NCBI RefSeq assembly: GCF_006345805.1
Contig: NC_043005.1
Location: forward strand, 50,716,001-50,780,000
Reading direction: 5' to 3'
DNA: 64,000 nt
Origin: Octopus sinensis
Lineage: Eukaryota
Within the stretch, counting starts at the first letter, position 1; every line of letters starts with the position of its first letter. Of the stretch, positions 40,051 to 54,324 are shown piece after piece. The notes below the pieces were generated by a model, which was not told where the DNA came from, did no database searches, and was given only the letters and a program-made list of their open reading frames with translations. The translations under genes were made by a program, and so were the position numbers.

Positions 40051-41159
40051 TAGTTACATGATATTCCTGTGGTTTAAAGGTTTTAAGTGTTAATTTTTAT
40101 TCCACTTAAACGTGGATGTTCTATTAGAACAAACTATACTGCTGTAGATACCATGAGAGAAACAAATGCACACTCGTTTACCTCGCCAACGGGGAGATAA
40201 ATTCCTGCCACCACCAGCGCCGAGACCACAAGATCACGTGGTTTCGACCTTCCTTAGTTTTATCCATGAATGACGCTCGGTTGCTAGATGTAGTAGTGAC
40301 TAAAGGTAGCAGCAGTTATAATGTGTATTTTCAATAAGACGACAGGATTCTCCACAATATGTTACTGTTAGTGTTAACAACCAAATAATTGGTATGTATT
40401 TCTTTTTTCAAAACACCGAACCAGTTTATAGCAAAATCAAAGTCAATTACGTTTAATAGCATATGATTTTTCCCGAGTTTTCGCAAAGAAAAAAGGCGAG
40501 GAATTGTAAGAAAATTCGTCGTTAATTTACATAAATATATTTATTTCTGTAGTGAATGAAATGTTCTTGAAGCTTTTGTTATCATAATTAGTGAAAATGT
40601 CAGTGAACAGCATTTCGTGTTTACAAACTATCGATATCAAAAGAGTTAAATGACTCCAAGCCATTGTCATATTGTTGGATTGAAGACTATTGAAGTTCTC
40701 ATTTCAGTATATTTTCATATCATTTATAACTATATAATGAAATTTTTCAATAAACAAAATAAGTCTGTACTGCAGATCAAATTTATGAAAACGTTGTTTT
40801 GAATCAAGAGATGAAAGAACGCTGTTTTCTTATTTTCATTATGGACCACATTAGACTGTCGTTGACTAATTTAGATATTTTCTTTGACCTGTATGGCCCG
40901 AGTTGTTAATACTGAGTAATACAAAGTATATTAAATTCTACGTCTAAGTTAGAATAATTTAAGAATATTAAAGGAAATATTTTGAAAAAAATCAATACAG
41001 GTAAGTCAAACGTTAATCAGATTCATACATATGAATAACGAAATATCTTAGTCTAAGAGAAACATGCTTTCACATTTGTGATTTCATTGAGCAATTAATT
41101 CCACTTTACTGGGCTTAGTTTAAACACAGATATCGCCTTCAGGACCGTATAAAGTAAAG

Positions 41160-41322
41160 TAGGGGTCCCGAAACACCAGGCCGAGAATGATTCGGTCCCG
41201 GGCCGTACAGAGAAAAAAATTTTATTGGCTATCGCAGTCCTCATAGTGATTCTCTCTGTCCGTGAAAAAATTGCTTTGCATGAAATCGGTACTTGGCGCA
41301 AAAAAAGATTGGGGATAGTTGT
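41160..41322. mobile_element. Decayed hAT/Charlie-like MITE
   Basis: Ends taggggtcccgaaac / aaagattggggatagttg. Confidence 0.45.
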
Positions 41323-41622
41323 TATTAGGTATATGGTTTATTGTTGACATCGTAGTCATTTATGAGTGGCACAGAGAAGAGTGAGAAGAATGGCAACTAA
41401 GAAAAAAAGAAACTAATTGTCAATTGCTGATCAATGTACGGAAGTAATTCCACCGACCCAAAAGATTCCTCAGACAGGAGTGAGAAGAAATCGAGAGGTT
41501 TCCAATTCTTAATGTTCAGACTACACTGAAGGGAAATATAAGTGTTAGCAACTTATCAGGCGAACACCACTCCAAAGGGGAAAATGCAAATTTTCAGAAA
41601 AAAATAAGTGGTTCGCCTATGC

Positions 41623-41875
41623 CAGTGTTTCTTAACTATTTTTCATGTATGAACCCCTTTAGTTCGTGTTTTACTTGGATGTTCCTTCCTAACCATTCTA
41701 CGTCGAAAAACCTTGTATTATTTTTATGATTAAATATTGTTATGAATTGTATGATAAAATCATTAAAATGTTTTGTGTATTGTGAAAGTATAACCAACTT
41801 AGAGCACGTAATTTTAACAACAAAATCTTATATGGACCCCCAAAAGGCCATCTGGACCCTGGTTGGGAACCACTG
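41623..41875. mobile_element. hAT/Charlie-like MITE
   Basis: TIRs cagtgtttcttaac / gttgggaaccactg, with 8-bp flanks gcctatgc / atctatgc (6/8 identical, TSD-like). Confidence 0.75.
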
Positions 41876-42029
41876 ATCTATGCTATGTTTAGAGACACTG
41901 TATTATATAGACCAATCCTGTTAGAGATGGTCAATGACTTAGAAGAGAACGTGAACTGAAAATAATTCAACTCTACAAGTGGTGTATTGTCTTAATACAA
42001 AGTAAGACAGAGTCTCAAATTGAAGAAGT

Positions 42030-42200
42030 TCAGGGACGAGAAGAAAGCTCCTGGTCTAAATTCCGCTGAAATGTGGAATCATACAGCATTGCTTAAAACT
42101 CTACAAATCTATAGACCCGGTAATGTCTACAATACATAGAAAACTGGGTTGCGATACAGAACCTTTCAAGATGGTACCAGAACCAAAGGGGTTGAGAAAA
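42030..42200 (+). pseudogene. pogo/Tigger-like transposase trace
   Basis: RDEKKAPGLK and IYRPGNVYNT*KTGLRYRTFQDGT resemble the pogo N.DETGL.YR motif. Confidence 0.4.
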
Positions 42201-42578
42201 CGAAGTAAGACAAGAAACTAAGAATAATGGGGGGCTCCCGGCACGTTAGAAATTGACAAAATAAAGTTATTATTGGGAAGAGTAAATTCCCGATCGTACT
42301 TAGCTTTTCATTTCTTATTTTTCCTTTCTTACTCCCACATCTCTTTCTAGCTTTATCTTCATCTCTGTTTTCACTACTTTCCTCAGATATTTTAGTATGA
42401 GAACCATCATCACTTTCACCTCTGCCATTCACCTTTAGCATATCTTCTTGTCTCCATTTTTCTACGGTTTTCTCTATTTCTGTATTATTTTTTCTCATAT
42501 TCTCTCCCTCTCTCTCTCTCTCTCTCTGCTTATATATTCATATTTTCCCTATTTCCGCCGCCTCTCTCTTTCTTTCCT

Positions 42579-42627
<49 letters not shown>

Positions 42628-42669
42628 TTTCTCTCTACTGGCAATCTCTCTATTTTCTCCCAACTTTTA

Positions 42670-42805
42670 TCTATCTATCTATCTGTCTATCTATCCATCT
42701 CTCTCTCACTCTCTCTCTATCTACCTATCTATCTATCTATCCATCTCTATCTACCTATCCATCTCTATCTATCTATCTCATCTCTATCTATCTATCTCTC
42801 TATCC

Positions 42806-42838
<33 letters not shown>

Positions 42839-42948
42839 CTATCTATCTTCTATCTATCTATCATCATCTATCTATCTATCTATCTCTCTATCCATCATCT
42901 ATCTCTATCTATCTACTATCTATCTATCTATCTATCCATCAATCTATC

Positions 42949-42985
<37 letters not shown>

Positions 42986-43015
42986 TTATCTATCTATTTA
43001 TCTATCTATCTATTT
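42670..43015. repeat. (TCTA)n degenerate microsatellite
   Basis: Direct reading of the sequence. Confidence 0.95.
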
Positions 43016-43289
43016 ACTACTTTTCTCCCTACTCCCTTCTGTATCTTTTCATTCACCATTATCAACACCACTGTCACCACCCCATTATAACTATATATTT
43101 CTTACTCTATTTGAGTTACTTTCCATAGCGCAATAGGTAGTAACATAATATTGCATTAATATACAGATTATTTTTGACTTAGGCCTAAAGTTGCATATTT
43201 TGAAGGCAGAGCATTGTCGAATATATCAGCTCCATTAACTAACTAGAATATAACTTTCTAAAGACACGCAAGTAAAATATTAATATTGA

Positions 43290-43500
43290 AAATCCTTCCT
43301 ATCATACGTACAAAGCCTGAAATTTGGGGAAGGGGATAGATGATTATATCGACCCAGTACGCAATTGGTACTTAGTTTATCGACCCCGAAAGGACAAAAG
43401 TATAGTCGGCCTTGACGGAATTTGAAATCAGAACATAAGGACGGACGAAATGCCGATAAGAATTTTGCCCGGTGTGCTAACGATTCTGCCAACTCGCCGT
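43290..43500 (-). mobile_element. SINE family B monomer (diverged)
   Basis: cgaccccgaaagga...ggtgtgctaacgattctgccaactcgcc. Confidence 0.8.
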
Positions 43501-43513
43501 CTGTATGATGATG

Positions 43514-43611
<98 letters not shown>

Positions 43612-44143
43612 GACAACAACAACAACAACGTTTCTTAGGTCCCGCGAAAATGTTACATTTTATAAATGTTCTTATTTCTAATTTGATGAATAAAATTATA
43701 GGCTTTCAAAACAGTCATCCCTTATGATAAAGATATCGATTTTTTTTTCTAAACATTCTATAGCTAAAGCCCTTTCAACGCATAACACTCGAACTTGTTT
43801 CATTTTCAATTATATCCTTGATTTTGTTCCATAATTAAAGTCCTTAAAACGTATCTCTCGACAGAGTAAGAATAACATTATGTATGATTAGATGACGACG
43901 ACGATGACGACGACGATGATGATGATGACGATGATGACGTTTATGAGGATGATAACGACGACGGCGACGAGAAGAAGGAGGTGGCGACGAAGAAGGAAGT
44001 GGCAGCGGAGGAGGAGGAGGAGGAGGAGGTGGTGGTGGTGGTGGTGGTGGAGGAGGAGGTGGTGGTGGTGATTGTTTGACAGAACTCTAGAAAAAGCATA
44101 GTAGAAGGATTCGAATCTACATTCCGTTCATGCATTACTAAAT

Positions 44144-44243
44144 NNNNNNNNNNNNNNNNNNNNNNNNNNNNNNNNNNNNNNNNNNNNNNNNNNNNNNNNN
44201 NNNNNNNNNNNNNNNNNNNNNNNNNNNNNNNNNNNNNNNNNNN
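44144..44243. other. Assembly gap (100 N)
   Basis: Run of N. Confidence 1.
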
Positions 44244-44669
44244 TGATTATGACAACGATAACGATGATGACGACGGCGACGACGATGACGACGACGATGA
44301 CGACGAAGATTAAGATTGTATTGGTGGAGGTAATTGATAGTGGTAATGATGATGATGATGAATGCTGAAGTGCAAAAAAAAAAAAGAAAGAAAATAAAGA
44401 AAAAAAAAAGGAAAACGAAGAGAATAAGAGAATGTCCTCTCTATCACAGCGGAGCAGATGAGATCTGTGTGAAAATATGCTGTAGGTTAGCGCGAGCAGA
44501 TCAATCAACAATTTCAAATGAAACTTCGTTCATGGTTTAAATGGCTGCCAAATCGGTCAACCATTAAAATCTAACTTATCGATAATATAAATTGCTTAAA
44601 TCAACAGACGATAGTTACAAAAAGAGACTAATCAGAAAGAAAAATAATTTGAATAACAATAATAGTAAC

Positions 44670-44745
<76 letters not shown>

Positions 44746-45534
44746 TTAAAATAACAACAACAATAATAATAGTAATAATAATAATAGTAGCAAAATTAAA
44801 TTGAATGAGGACATATAGTAAAAACTATAAATGAAAGAAAAAAATGTCGTCGTTGTTATTGAAAAGCTTTCATAAAAGCCAGGATGACTCACAGACAAGA
44901 AGGCCAGTTCTTGGAGCTAGCTTCTATAGAGAGATAAAATAGATGAGAAACAATAATGTTACAAGCTCAGGTTTACATCGACTTCAACACCTACACGTTG
45001 AAAGCAAACAGATTAGATGGACTACAGCAAATAGCTGCAGTAAGAATGTTTGGTTGATCAAATTATTTAGACTATGTGGCTCGTTCATACATAGGTACAC
45101 TCGCACATACGCATTCACATATGGACTGTCTGCCTACGTACATATATTTATATATGTACTTGTTAAACATGCCTACACATGCACACGAACACATATATAC
45201 GCACACACCTACAAATGATGCACAAATATACATACATGTCTATAAAATTAGTGGAGTACCATTTCTTATTGGGTGTGTTATAAATAAATATATACTGATT
45301 CAGATTCCCGTCTATTTAAAGGCTTCCTAAAAAAATTGTCTAAAAGGTGTTTTTTCTAGTTGTACATACAAACATATTTTCATGCAAAAGAGATACATAC
45401 ATACAGACATTCATACATACATACATACATACATACATACATACATACATACATACATACATACATACATACATACATGCATATATACTTTGTTGTAGAA
45501 ATCAGTTGCCCTTTGGACACCAGTGTGGTTAGAA

Positions 45535-46474
45535 AACTAATGGTCCATTGATAAGTAGATCGCAAATCCAGTACCCAAGATACACGTTCAGCTTCATATC
45601 TATTACTTTCGGAGCAACAAGATACATGCCAACTTGTCTTAAGCAAAGTATTCACAGATGGGGTCATATGTGAAGACCTCGAGACACCTACTGACCCATG
45701 CAATGAAAGCCAGAAGGGCCAAAAAAGTGTTGCGATACCTGAAGCACAATGGACAAACCATCAAAATCTTTTCAGATGAAAATATCTTTACCGTTGATGC
45801 TGTGTTAAACCGTCGCAATGATCGATATATTGCTAAGTCACCTTCTGAAGTAAAGGGCATCTTTAGGACCAAGCATCCATCTCAAGTCATGGTACTCGAA
45901 GTCGTGGCATTTGACGGAAAAAAAGATGCCTCTCCATTTTTTCAATTCTGGGGAAAACTAGGGGGCTGAAGTTTATTATAAATTTCTGCGGGATAAGGTT
46001 TTGCCTTGGCTGAAGTCTAACTACCCCAACGGTAATTATGTGTGGACCCAAGATAGTGCTCTAGTTCACACGGCGAACAAAGTGCAGAAATTCTGCGAAG
46101 ACAACTTCGCTGACTTTTGGCCTGCAAACCTCTGGCCTTCTTTCGGCCCAGACTTGAGCTCCCTGGACTATGCTGTATGGAGCAAACTGGAGCAGTCTAC
46201 CAACAGAATTTCGTATCCAAGTGTTGATCATCTTAAGCAAATCCTGAAAGAAAACTGGGACAACATGTCTGAGTACTTCATCATTAATTGTTGTGATACC
46301 TTCAGGCGGCGTGTGAAGGCTGTGGTGGACAATGAAGGCAGACATATTCAATAAATTGTCTCTTTATATCCTATAAACTTGTGTTAAAATTATATTTGTC
46401 AGGTTACTGGTTGTTGTAAATTAAACAATTTGGTGAATTATCTATTATTTTCCAAGATTCGGTTCCCCACCATG
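45535..46474 (+). mobile_element. 5'-truncated Tc1/mariner DD37D (maT-type) transposon, frameshifted transposase
   Basis: KIFSDENIFTVD (ORF 45658-45969) and VWTQDSA...WPSFGPDLSSLDYAVW (ORF 46001-46354), with 37 residues between the 2nd and 3rd D. The probable right end is ...ccccaccatg|ta. Confidence 0.88.
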
Positions 46475-47794
46475 TACACACACACACACACACACATACT
46501 TACATACATAATTGGTACATTTGATTTTGTGAGTAAATGCCTAAGCGACAATCTGTAAGAAAAAGGTAGGTTTTTCAGAAAAAGAAATCAACGAGCAAAC
46601 ACGCATATCACAGATACAGTCTTTAACCGAAACAATAAAAATACGAAAGACCTTCCTCAAGTTCAAAATATGAAATCGCTTTTGTTATCTAGATTCCAAC
46701 GTCGGAGATTTGTATCATTGTTATAAACCAGCTTCTCCTTCCTTGCAGGAAGACTTCAACTAATTAACATAAACTCATACACGGTAGAGGTCGCTTATTA
46801 CGATCGCTTTTGGACAGTGCCTTGTAGATAACAATAGCATTAAGCATAGAATATCCTGATCATCATGTTTGAAATCCAGTAATTTTAATAATAGTAGCCG
46901 TTTGACCACATTATTCTGGATTTATAATTGGCTTTTTAGTGGCATCAGTTATTATTAAGAATATGCCGGGGTACCACATCAATAGGTTTAGTCAATAATA
47001 CTTTGCCTGATTCTTATTTCAATAATTGTTATTTTATCGATTTCAGAGGTGAAGGCAAATTATTGAACTTTCTAATTATAGATACTGTAATTCTAAATGA
47101 GGTTTCACTTTCCTTGCTAAGTGGATGTAGCGTGTACGAATGGTTAAAATACACCTTCGAAATCGTGTCGTCTCGTGTTCAGTCTCACTAAATGGCATCC
47201 TGGGCAAGCGTCTTTTGCGATAGCATCGAATTAACCGAGGTTCGATGAGCGAGTAATTCAGTTGATTGAATCACTGAATACTCATCATTCAAATCAACGG
47301 AGATCCATTTACATTTATTTAAGTATATTGTGGATTAAATGCAAATGCACTTAATCAGACGGGTTGACAACGAATTAAAATTGAATAACCAACTCTCACT
47401 CTTTCTCTCTCCTTCTCGCTCTGTCTCTGCTTCTTTGTGTGTCTTTCTCTATCTCTCTCGCTCCCCTCTCTATCACTCTTCCTCTCTATTCCTCTACCTC
47501 ACTCTTTCTCTCTCTGCTTCTTTGTCTATCTCTCTATTTCTTTCTCTCTTTCTTTCTTTCTTATATCAGAATATAAGAATTTAATGTAAAAAAAAAAAAA
47601 AATTGGTGGCCATGTACACTTACTGACACATACACACACGCACACACACACACACACACACGCACGCACGCACGCACGCACGCGCGCATATATATATACA
47701 CAAAATGAAACTTGAAATTTTGGCAAAATTGTGATGTGTACCAGTATGTGTGTGAGTGTGTTAGTAATTGTGTGTGCATTTGTGTGTGTGCATT

Positions 47795-47836
<42 letters not shown>

Positions 47837-48163
47837 TGTGTGCGCGCGCGCGTAGCCAGCGATGTTTTTCACATTAAATTCCAATATAATTGTAATCTAC
47901 ATAATGTGAAAAGTATTTGCAGAAAATTTTCTTATAAAAATAGCAGTTTTTCTTAAATCTATGAAAAAACAAAGATGTGGGGTAGGCACATTTTTGTTGG
48001 TTTGCTGTGTTTCAATCCCATCGATGTTTGTTTTCACCTTCTTATTCTCGGGGCCGATAAAATAAGTACCACTCAGCTACACATCAATGTTCCAGGCTGT
48101 CCCCTTCCGTCAAAATGCGTGGCTTCCTGCCTAAATCAGAGATTAAAAAATAAATAAATAAAT

Positions 48164-48395
48164 GTTCCTTCTCGAGCCATGCCACGCTCATAAGGACCAC
48201 TTTCCCGGTTTCAGTGGCGTACGGAACGCCGGTCCGTCGCAGGATTACTCATTTTTGCCAGCTGAGTGGACTGGAGCAACGTGAAAATGAATTGTTTTAC
48301 TCAAGAATACAACGCACCCCTCGGTCAAGGAATCGAAACCACAACTTTACGACCATGAGTTTAAAACCCTAACCAATAAGCCACGCGCCTCCACA
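48164..48395 (-). mobile_element. tRNA-headed SINE (core D + tail Y)
   Basis: Head gtggaggcgcgtggcttattggttaggg...ggtttcgattcc, then core D. The tail is shared with 50821-50915. Confidence 0.8.
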
Positions 48396-48429
48396 AATTA
48401 GAGATTAATACTTAGAATAGACGTGACGT

Positions 48430-48640
48430 TGAGGTGGCAGAATGTTTAGGAGGCCGGAAAACATACTTAACGGCATTTCTTCCGGATATACGTTCTGAGT
48501 TCAAACGATGCCGAGATCGACTTTCACTTTCATCAATTCGAGCTCTATAAAATAGACACCAGCAGTGCATTGGGGTTGATCTTATCAATTAGCCCTTTTC
48601 CCCAAAAATTTTAGGCCTTCTGACTATAGTGGAAACGAAT
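48430..48640 (+). mobile_element. SINE family B monomer (old)
   Basis: ggtggcagaatgtttag...cgttctgagttcaaa...aaaattttaggcc. Confidence 0.7.
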
Positions 48641-49569
48641 ATTTTGAATTGAGAAAAATAAATCACAATTGAAACTATTCTTATAAGTAAACTAATAATA
48701 TACACATTTGTACACACCACCTACGTGAATCTAGAATTGTTCAATAAATTCATTCGAATACAGAAAGCATACCGAAGTAAGTTTGGTATTTAAATATAAA
48801 ATCAAATTTTAATAACACAATCACCTATCAAATTAACATTGAAAGAACACTAACCGTAGTCTACAAATCCACTGGATATACAATTCATTTTAAACACATA
48901 CTTGCAAACACAAACACACGCTTATATGTGTGTGTGTGTGCACGGATATATGTGTATACGTACATACTACACACACACACTCACACACCCAGATTCACAA
49001 ATACATGTATATATATTTTTTTATGTGTTTGTGTGTGTGTTTGTGCGCGCGTGTGTATGTAAACAGTCACGTTTTTATTGGAAATATAAATTTTAACTGA
49101 ACAGAGGAAAGAATAAATATTCATATTAAATGAAATAAATGTATTTGCGACTTAATAATAACTATATAAATAAATAAACAGGAACGACCTTCCATTTCAC
49201 TTCAATAGATTACCAAAACCAATCTCAAAAGAACAGATTCTCTTTCATGCAACCAATTATCACATAAGACCTCCCGCTTAATTCCAGCCTACCATTTTAT
49301 AAAAGTTTTTTTTTTAACATTTATAACTAATTGGAGGCTAGACCATCAATTACTTTTGTGCATACATTTTATATGCTTCTTAACTAACCCAGTTGCTAAA
49401 ATATTAATTTTAACCTCTTGTTGATACAAATATTATTATGATATAGGTAGATGTGTGCTTGAAAGATCAACTGAGCTTTTTTTTTTTTTTTTTGTACAGT
49501 AAACGAAGCTCATTACACAAAATTATAGACCCCGATAGAGAAGACTGACAAATTGGTATATGTATACGA

Positions 49570-49916
49570 TTTTATTTGTTTCAGTCATTGGTGAATGGCC
49601 ATACTAGGGCACTGCCTTGAAAGATTTTAGTTGAACAAAATGAACACAGTACTCATGAGCTTTAAAAAGAAAAGCTTATTTTATCGTTTTTTTTTCGCTG
49701 AGCCGTTATGTTCCGGGGATGTAAACAAATCAAAACCGAGTCTCAAGTAACAAGTCTATTATATATATTGCCGAAGAGCGTAGGCTCGAAACGTCAAAGA
49801 CTTTTCCATTCTTCCCGAGCGCCAAACTAATACACATTACTGGTTATTCCCTCACCTGTCTTCGTCTTTTGCCTTCTCTACATACATACATACATACACA
49901 AACACACACACGCACG

Positions 49917-49952
<36 letters not shown>

Positions 49953-49973
49953 ACTCACACGCGCGCACATATA

Positions 49974-50009
<36 letters not shown>

Positions 50010-50145
50010 CATACGACGAGCTTTCTCTCAGTTTCCGACAGCCAACTTCAATCGGTGGTAGAAAGAAGACAGTTGCCCAAATTGCTGCGCGTAGGTCCGA
50101 ACCCGAAACTATTTATCTGGAATAGATCTTCTTAACCACACAGTT
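49570..50145 (-). mobile_element. Old SINE family A interrupted by a P1 fragment (49768-49872, +)
   Basis: SINE A tail at 49570-49750 and head at 50010-50145. The insert reads ccgaagagcgtaggctcgaaacgtcaaagac...cacctgtcttcgtcttt. Confidence 0.7.
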
Positions 50146-50820
50146 ATTCTTGATGCCAGGAAACTTTTTTTTCGGTTGTACACTTTATGTGTATTGCTTA
50201 TTTATTTTCTTTAACAGTCTGTTTACCAACAAATAATTGCATCAGATGGAATTGAGGAGGTTCCAGAGGTTCATCCAGGAATGTACATCAGCCTCGTAAA
50301 TAGATATACATTTATGATACCATCGAGATGGTATCACATAAATGCTTGCAGGCCAGTCACTCTACATCGTTTACAGTATGGTTGGCATCACAGGAGCCAG
50401 TATGTAGAAGGTTATCGAGTTGACAGTGGAGGCAGCAGAGGTTGCTGAAAGGAGCAGTGCCAGCAGAGGGAGTGCAAACTGGACTTAATTTGGCGATTGA
50501 TCAAGTCCTGATGGCTCATCTGAGGCAGCATGTTTGATGTTGAAAGATCCGAATTACCTAATGATTCTTGGAAACACCAATGATAATTGTCCAAGTGCAT
50601 CACAGGATTGTATATGGAAAAACTATGTCGTCTGCTTAGCATGAGGTTTTCTGCACATGAGGCTACTGCGCGTTAAGAAAAAATATAATGGATTATAAAC
50701 GAACGCTTTTACTGCAGATATCACCTACGATGGAGCTACGTTTTATATATATCTTTTATTAACTATGCTGGTAATAATTTGAACACATTTCTCCTGAAAT
50801 TCCTTTACATAATTTTGCTT

Positions 50821-51104
50821 GTTCCTTCTTAAGCCATGCCTAGCTCATAAGGGCCGGTTTCCCGGTTTCATTGGCGTATAGGTTCCCCACCTGGATGGGA
50901 AGCCGGCCCGTCGCATGTAAGCTGCAAGATGCAGGAGGAAAGAATGAGAGAAAGTTGTGGCGAAAGAGTCAGCAGAAGTTCGCCATTACCTTCTGCCGGA
51001 GCTGCGTGGAGCTTAGGTGTTTCGCTCATAAACACACACATCGCCCGGTCTGACATTCGAACCCGCGATCCCTCTGCTCTAACCACTAGGCCATGTGCCT
51101 CCAC
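50821..51104 (-). mobile_element. tRNA-headed SINE (core C + tail Y)
   Basis: Head gtggaggcacatggcctagtggttagagc...gggttcgaatg and core gagcgaaacacctaagctccacgc..ctccggcag. Confidence 0.85.
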
Positions 51105-51633
51105 TTACATAATTTTAGGTGAATTTAAATATATTATCTCAAATTTTATACAAGTATATGAGTTTCAACATTAATAGCAATTGGAAGTCAGTCTAAGGTA
51201 CAAAGACATCAACAATTTATGACGTTAAGCTGTTTTTGTTCCTATCTACTTCAGATCTCATTAATCTTTCCGCTTTCTCTCTTTCTCTCTCCAATTATCT
51301 CCTCGCTTTCTCTCGCACTCTAATATTCTATCTCACTTACATACTACCCACACATGCACGCATACACATATACACTGTCTCACTCAACTCTATATTTCTT
51401 ACTCATGTATATACAGTGTCTGCATTGGAACACTATAATTCATAACATTCTTCTTTTAATAATCATATATTCGAAAAGTTACTGTGCGGAGTCTAATAGC
51501 ATGGAATATTATACACGTTTTTCTAAAAAATTTTCGCTCTTAAATTTTCTTATATCTATAAAATATTCAGACATTAATGTTCTATGAATCTATTATGTTT
51601 TATGAGTATATATATATATATAATATATATATA

Positions 51634-51681
<48 letters not shown>

Positions 51682-51796
51682 TATATAATATATATATATA
51701 TATATATATGCATATATATATATACTTATATACACACTCATATACATGCAATCATACGTACATACATACATCCATACATACATACATAAATACGAA

Positions 51797-52372
51797 TGAA
51801 GACCTCAATGAAATGTATGCACAACAGGCTTGATATAATGATTTGTGATAGAGAAGAGAAACTGTGTACAGTGGTAGAAATTAGCTGCTAAGTGGATGTT
51901 AATATAAAGCTGAAGATCAGTGAAAAATACAATGCCTACGCTGAACTATTGAGATATCTGCAGTTACTCTATCCAGATTATAAGTTCAGGTTTATACCTG
52001 TAGTTATTGGGGCCCTAGGATATGTAACACACTCCCTAAATACTAATATTGAGAAATTAGGTTTCTCAAAACCAGAAAAGAAAAAGCTAATTCGAATACT
52101 ACAGATCCAATCCATCACTGAACTGTAAAAATCTGTAAAACTTTCTAGAAATTTATCATTTATAAATATGTGGACATATCTAGATATGCAACTATGTGCA
52201 TGAGACTACATACATAAAGTAAAACATGGAAATCTGCACATATACATACGTACATACATGCATACATACAAACAATCAAAAATACCGTTGTTGATGTTGA
52301 AATTCCAGTGAAGGAGCCTTGGATTTAAGTTAGAAACCGACTCTTTCTCTATTGAAATAAGACTGAACAATG
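51797..52372 (+). mobile_element. 3' end of an R4/Dong-type retrotransposon (restriction-like endonuclease domain + 3' UTR)
   Basis: Reads HNRLDIMICDREEKLCTVVEISC*VDVNIKLKISEKYNAY...FIPVVIGALGYV (RLE-type PD..E..K/Y..PVVIGALG). It is flanked by (TACA)n on both sides. Confidence 0.8.
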
Positions 52373-53064
52373 ACATACATACATACATACATACATACAT
52401 ACATACATACATACATACATACATTAAATGTAAAATTTAACAATCCAATGCAAATATATATAAATGTGTCTGCATATATCTGTGGGTGACTGAATATATG
52501 TGTGTGTGTGTGTGTGTGAACGTATCAGTGTGTTTTTTTATATATGTACATGCATGTCTATATATGGATGTATAGATAAGTGAGCAATATGTATTCGTTT
52601 TTATGTATAGATAGCCTTTACCCACAGGCATCATATGACGTTAGCAATAATCAACTTATCTACAAGCCCGATAAATCATCCTTGTACGATATTTGCAGCC
52701 GGAGAGCTTTCGCGAGTCTCTCTGGTAACATTTAATCACTTATCTCTCTTTTTTATTTGTTTCTTACCCGCCTAATACCAACTGAAAATTGCTTCCATAA
52801 TTTAGTTTAACAGGTTGGTTGCTATCCCTATCATAGTAACCTATGCAAACATTGAATAATCTAGTAATATTACATATAAATGTTACACTTCACTGGAGAT
52901 TTGATCATACAGTTTGATTACGTAATTTATACCATATAGCTAATAGTCTTTCTTCGTTATAAACAGTCTCACAAGCTTTGTTTTATACACATATACACAT
53001 ACATACATACATACATACATACATACATACATACATACATACATACATGCATGCATGCATATGT

Positions 53065-53905
53065 GGTGATTGCTTTTTTCCATCTTTACAGATCATTACC
53101 GTCTCTCTGAGTTTCTTGTCAATTCTGATATTCCGTCTTCGACCTTTCAGGTGACTATTCATTTCTACAGCTGATACGCATTGTTTGAAATATAGGTGAC
53201 AGATCGCTTTGTGAGATATGATCACTATGGGCCGCAATATGTGTCTTCAGGCCCGAAATAGCCTTCCAAGCCATTTCACACGCTACACACATTGGATCAG
53301 CCGTTCAAGGTGGAAGGTTTTTTCATAGAGTTGATATTTCATGAGACTTCAGATGGTTGGTACATCAAGCTTTTGAATGGAGTACACAGTCACACGGTTC
53401 ACACCTCCAACGCTTTATGTTATTGGGATTCTTACGACAGCCCCTCCCAAACCAGCGTTTTAAGCTTTCATACCAAGTCGACTTCCTTCAAAATTTTTGC
53501 AGCATTCCCTTATACACTTCCTCTACTCAGCTCTTACTAGTTCTTCTCAGTTATTTACATTGATCTGCAGATCCTTCAGTTTGCCTTTTATGCAGTCTTT
53601 GTATCTCTTTTGTGCTTTGTGCTGATAATGCTTTCCAGTGCATAGCTCACCGTAGAAAAGCTACTCCGGAATCCTATTATCTTCCATACGCAAAACATGG
53701 TTCACTCAATCTGAGTAGAAATGATAAATGACTGGATGCTTGTGCATCCTGCCTTTACAAGGACTTATTCTGTGTCATGTATTTTGATTTACCCTTTAAT
53801 GTTGAGTATGTGTCTCAAACATTCTTGATGAAAGCGTTCAAGAAACTTGAGATGACTACGGTATACTGTCCATGTTTTAGACAAGAAGCGTCGTTAGTAC
53901 ACACG
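53065..53905 (-). mobile_element. 3' part of an RTE-clade LINE with C-terminal zinc-finger-like repeats
   Basis: Minus strand reads LR*VNHVLRMEDNRIPE*LFYGELCTGKH..KRYKDCIK (RTE C-terminal motif), then CEPCDCVLHSKA*CTNHLKSH and CHLYFKQCVS..NSHLK, ending in a (TATG)n tail. Confidence 0.75.
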
Positions 53906-53986
53906 TCTTACATACATACATACATACATACATTCGAAGACTACAGATTTAAGCCATCACTGGAACTCTAAAAATCTCTTTCACTC

Positions 53987-54026
<40 letters not shown>

Positions 54027-54324
54027 CAGCTACATATTAATATTGCTGTTGTTGCTATTGTCGTTGGCGTCGTTATTTCAAATCATGTCAACTCTAGACA
54101 TCAATGCCTGTGATCAAAACACTTCCAGAAACTTTATCACAATCTACACAAATGCGCCCTCTCTCCTTTTATTTATCATTTTTAGACTGTACAATGCTAT
54201 TTAAAGGAAATTTAGCAGTTATTTCTACTACGTCAAGTAACTACAAGGAGGTTCCATCGTTGGTTTAACTATTTATGCGATTAAATAAATAGATGGACAT
54301 CAGCTTTTCTCGTTGATAATATAT

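Noticed and set aside
50309-50344. Hairpin catttatgataccatc/gatggtatcacataaatg
   Set aside because: Isolated and short, with no terminator, Helitron or miRNA context.
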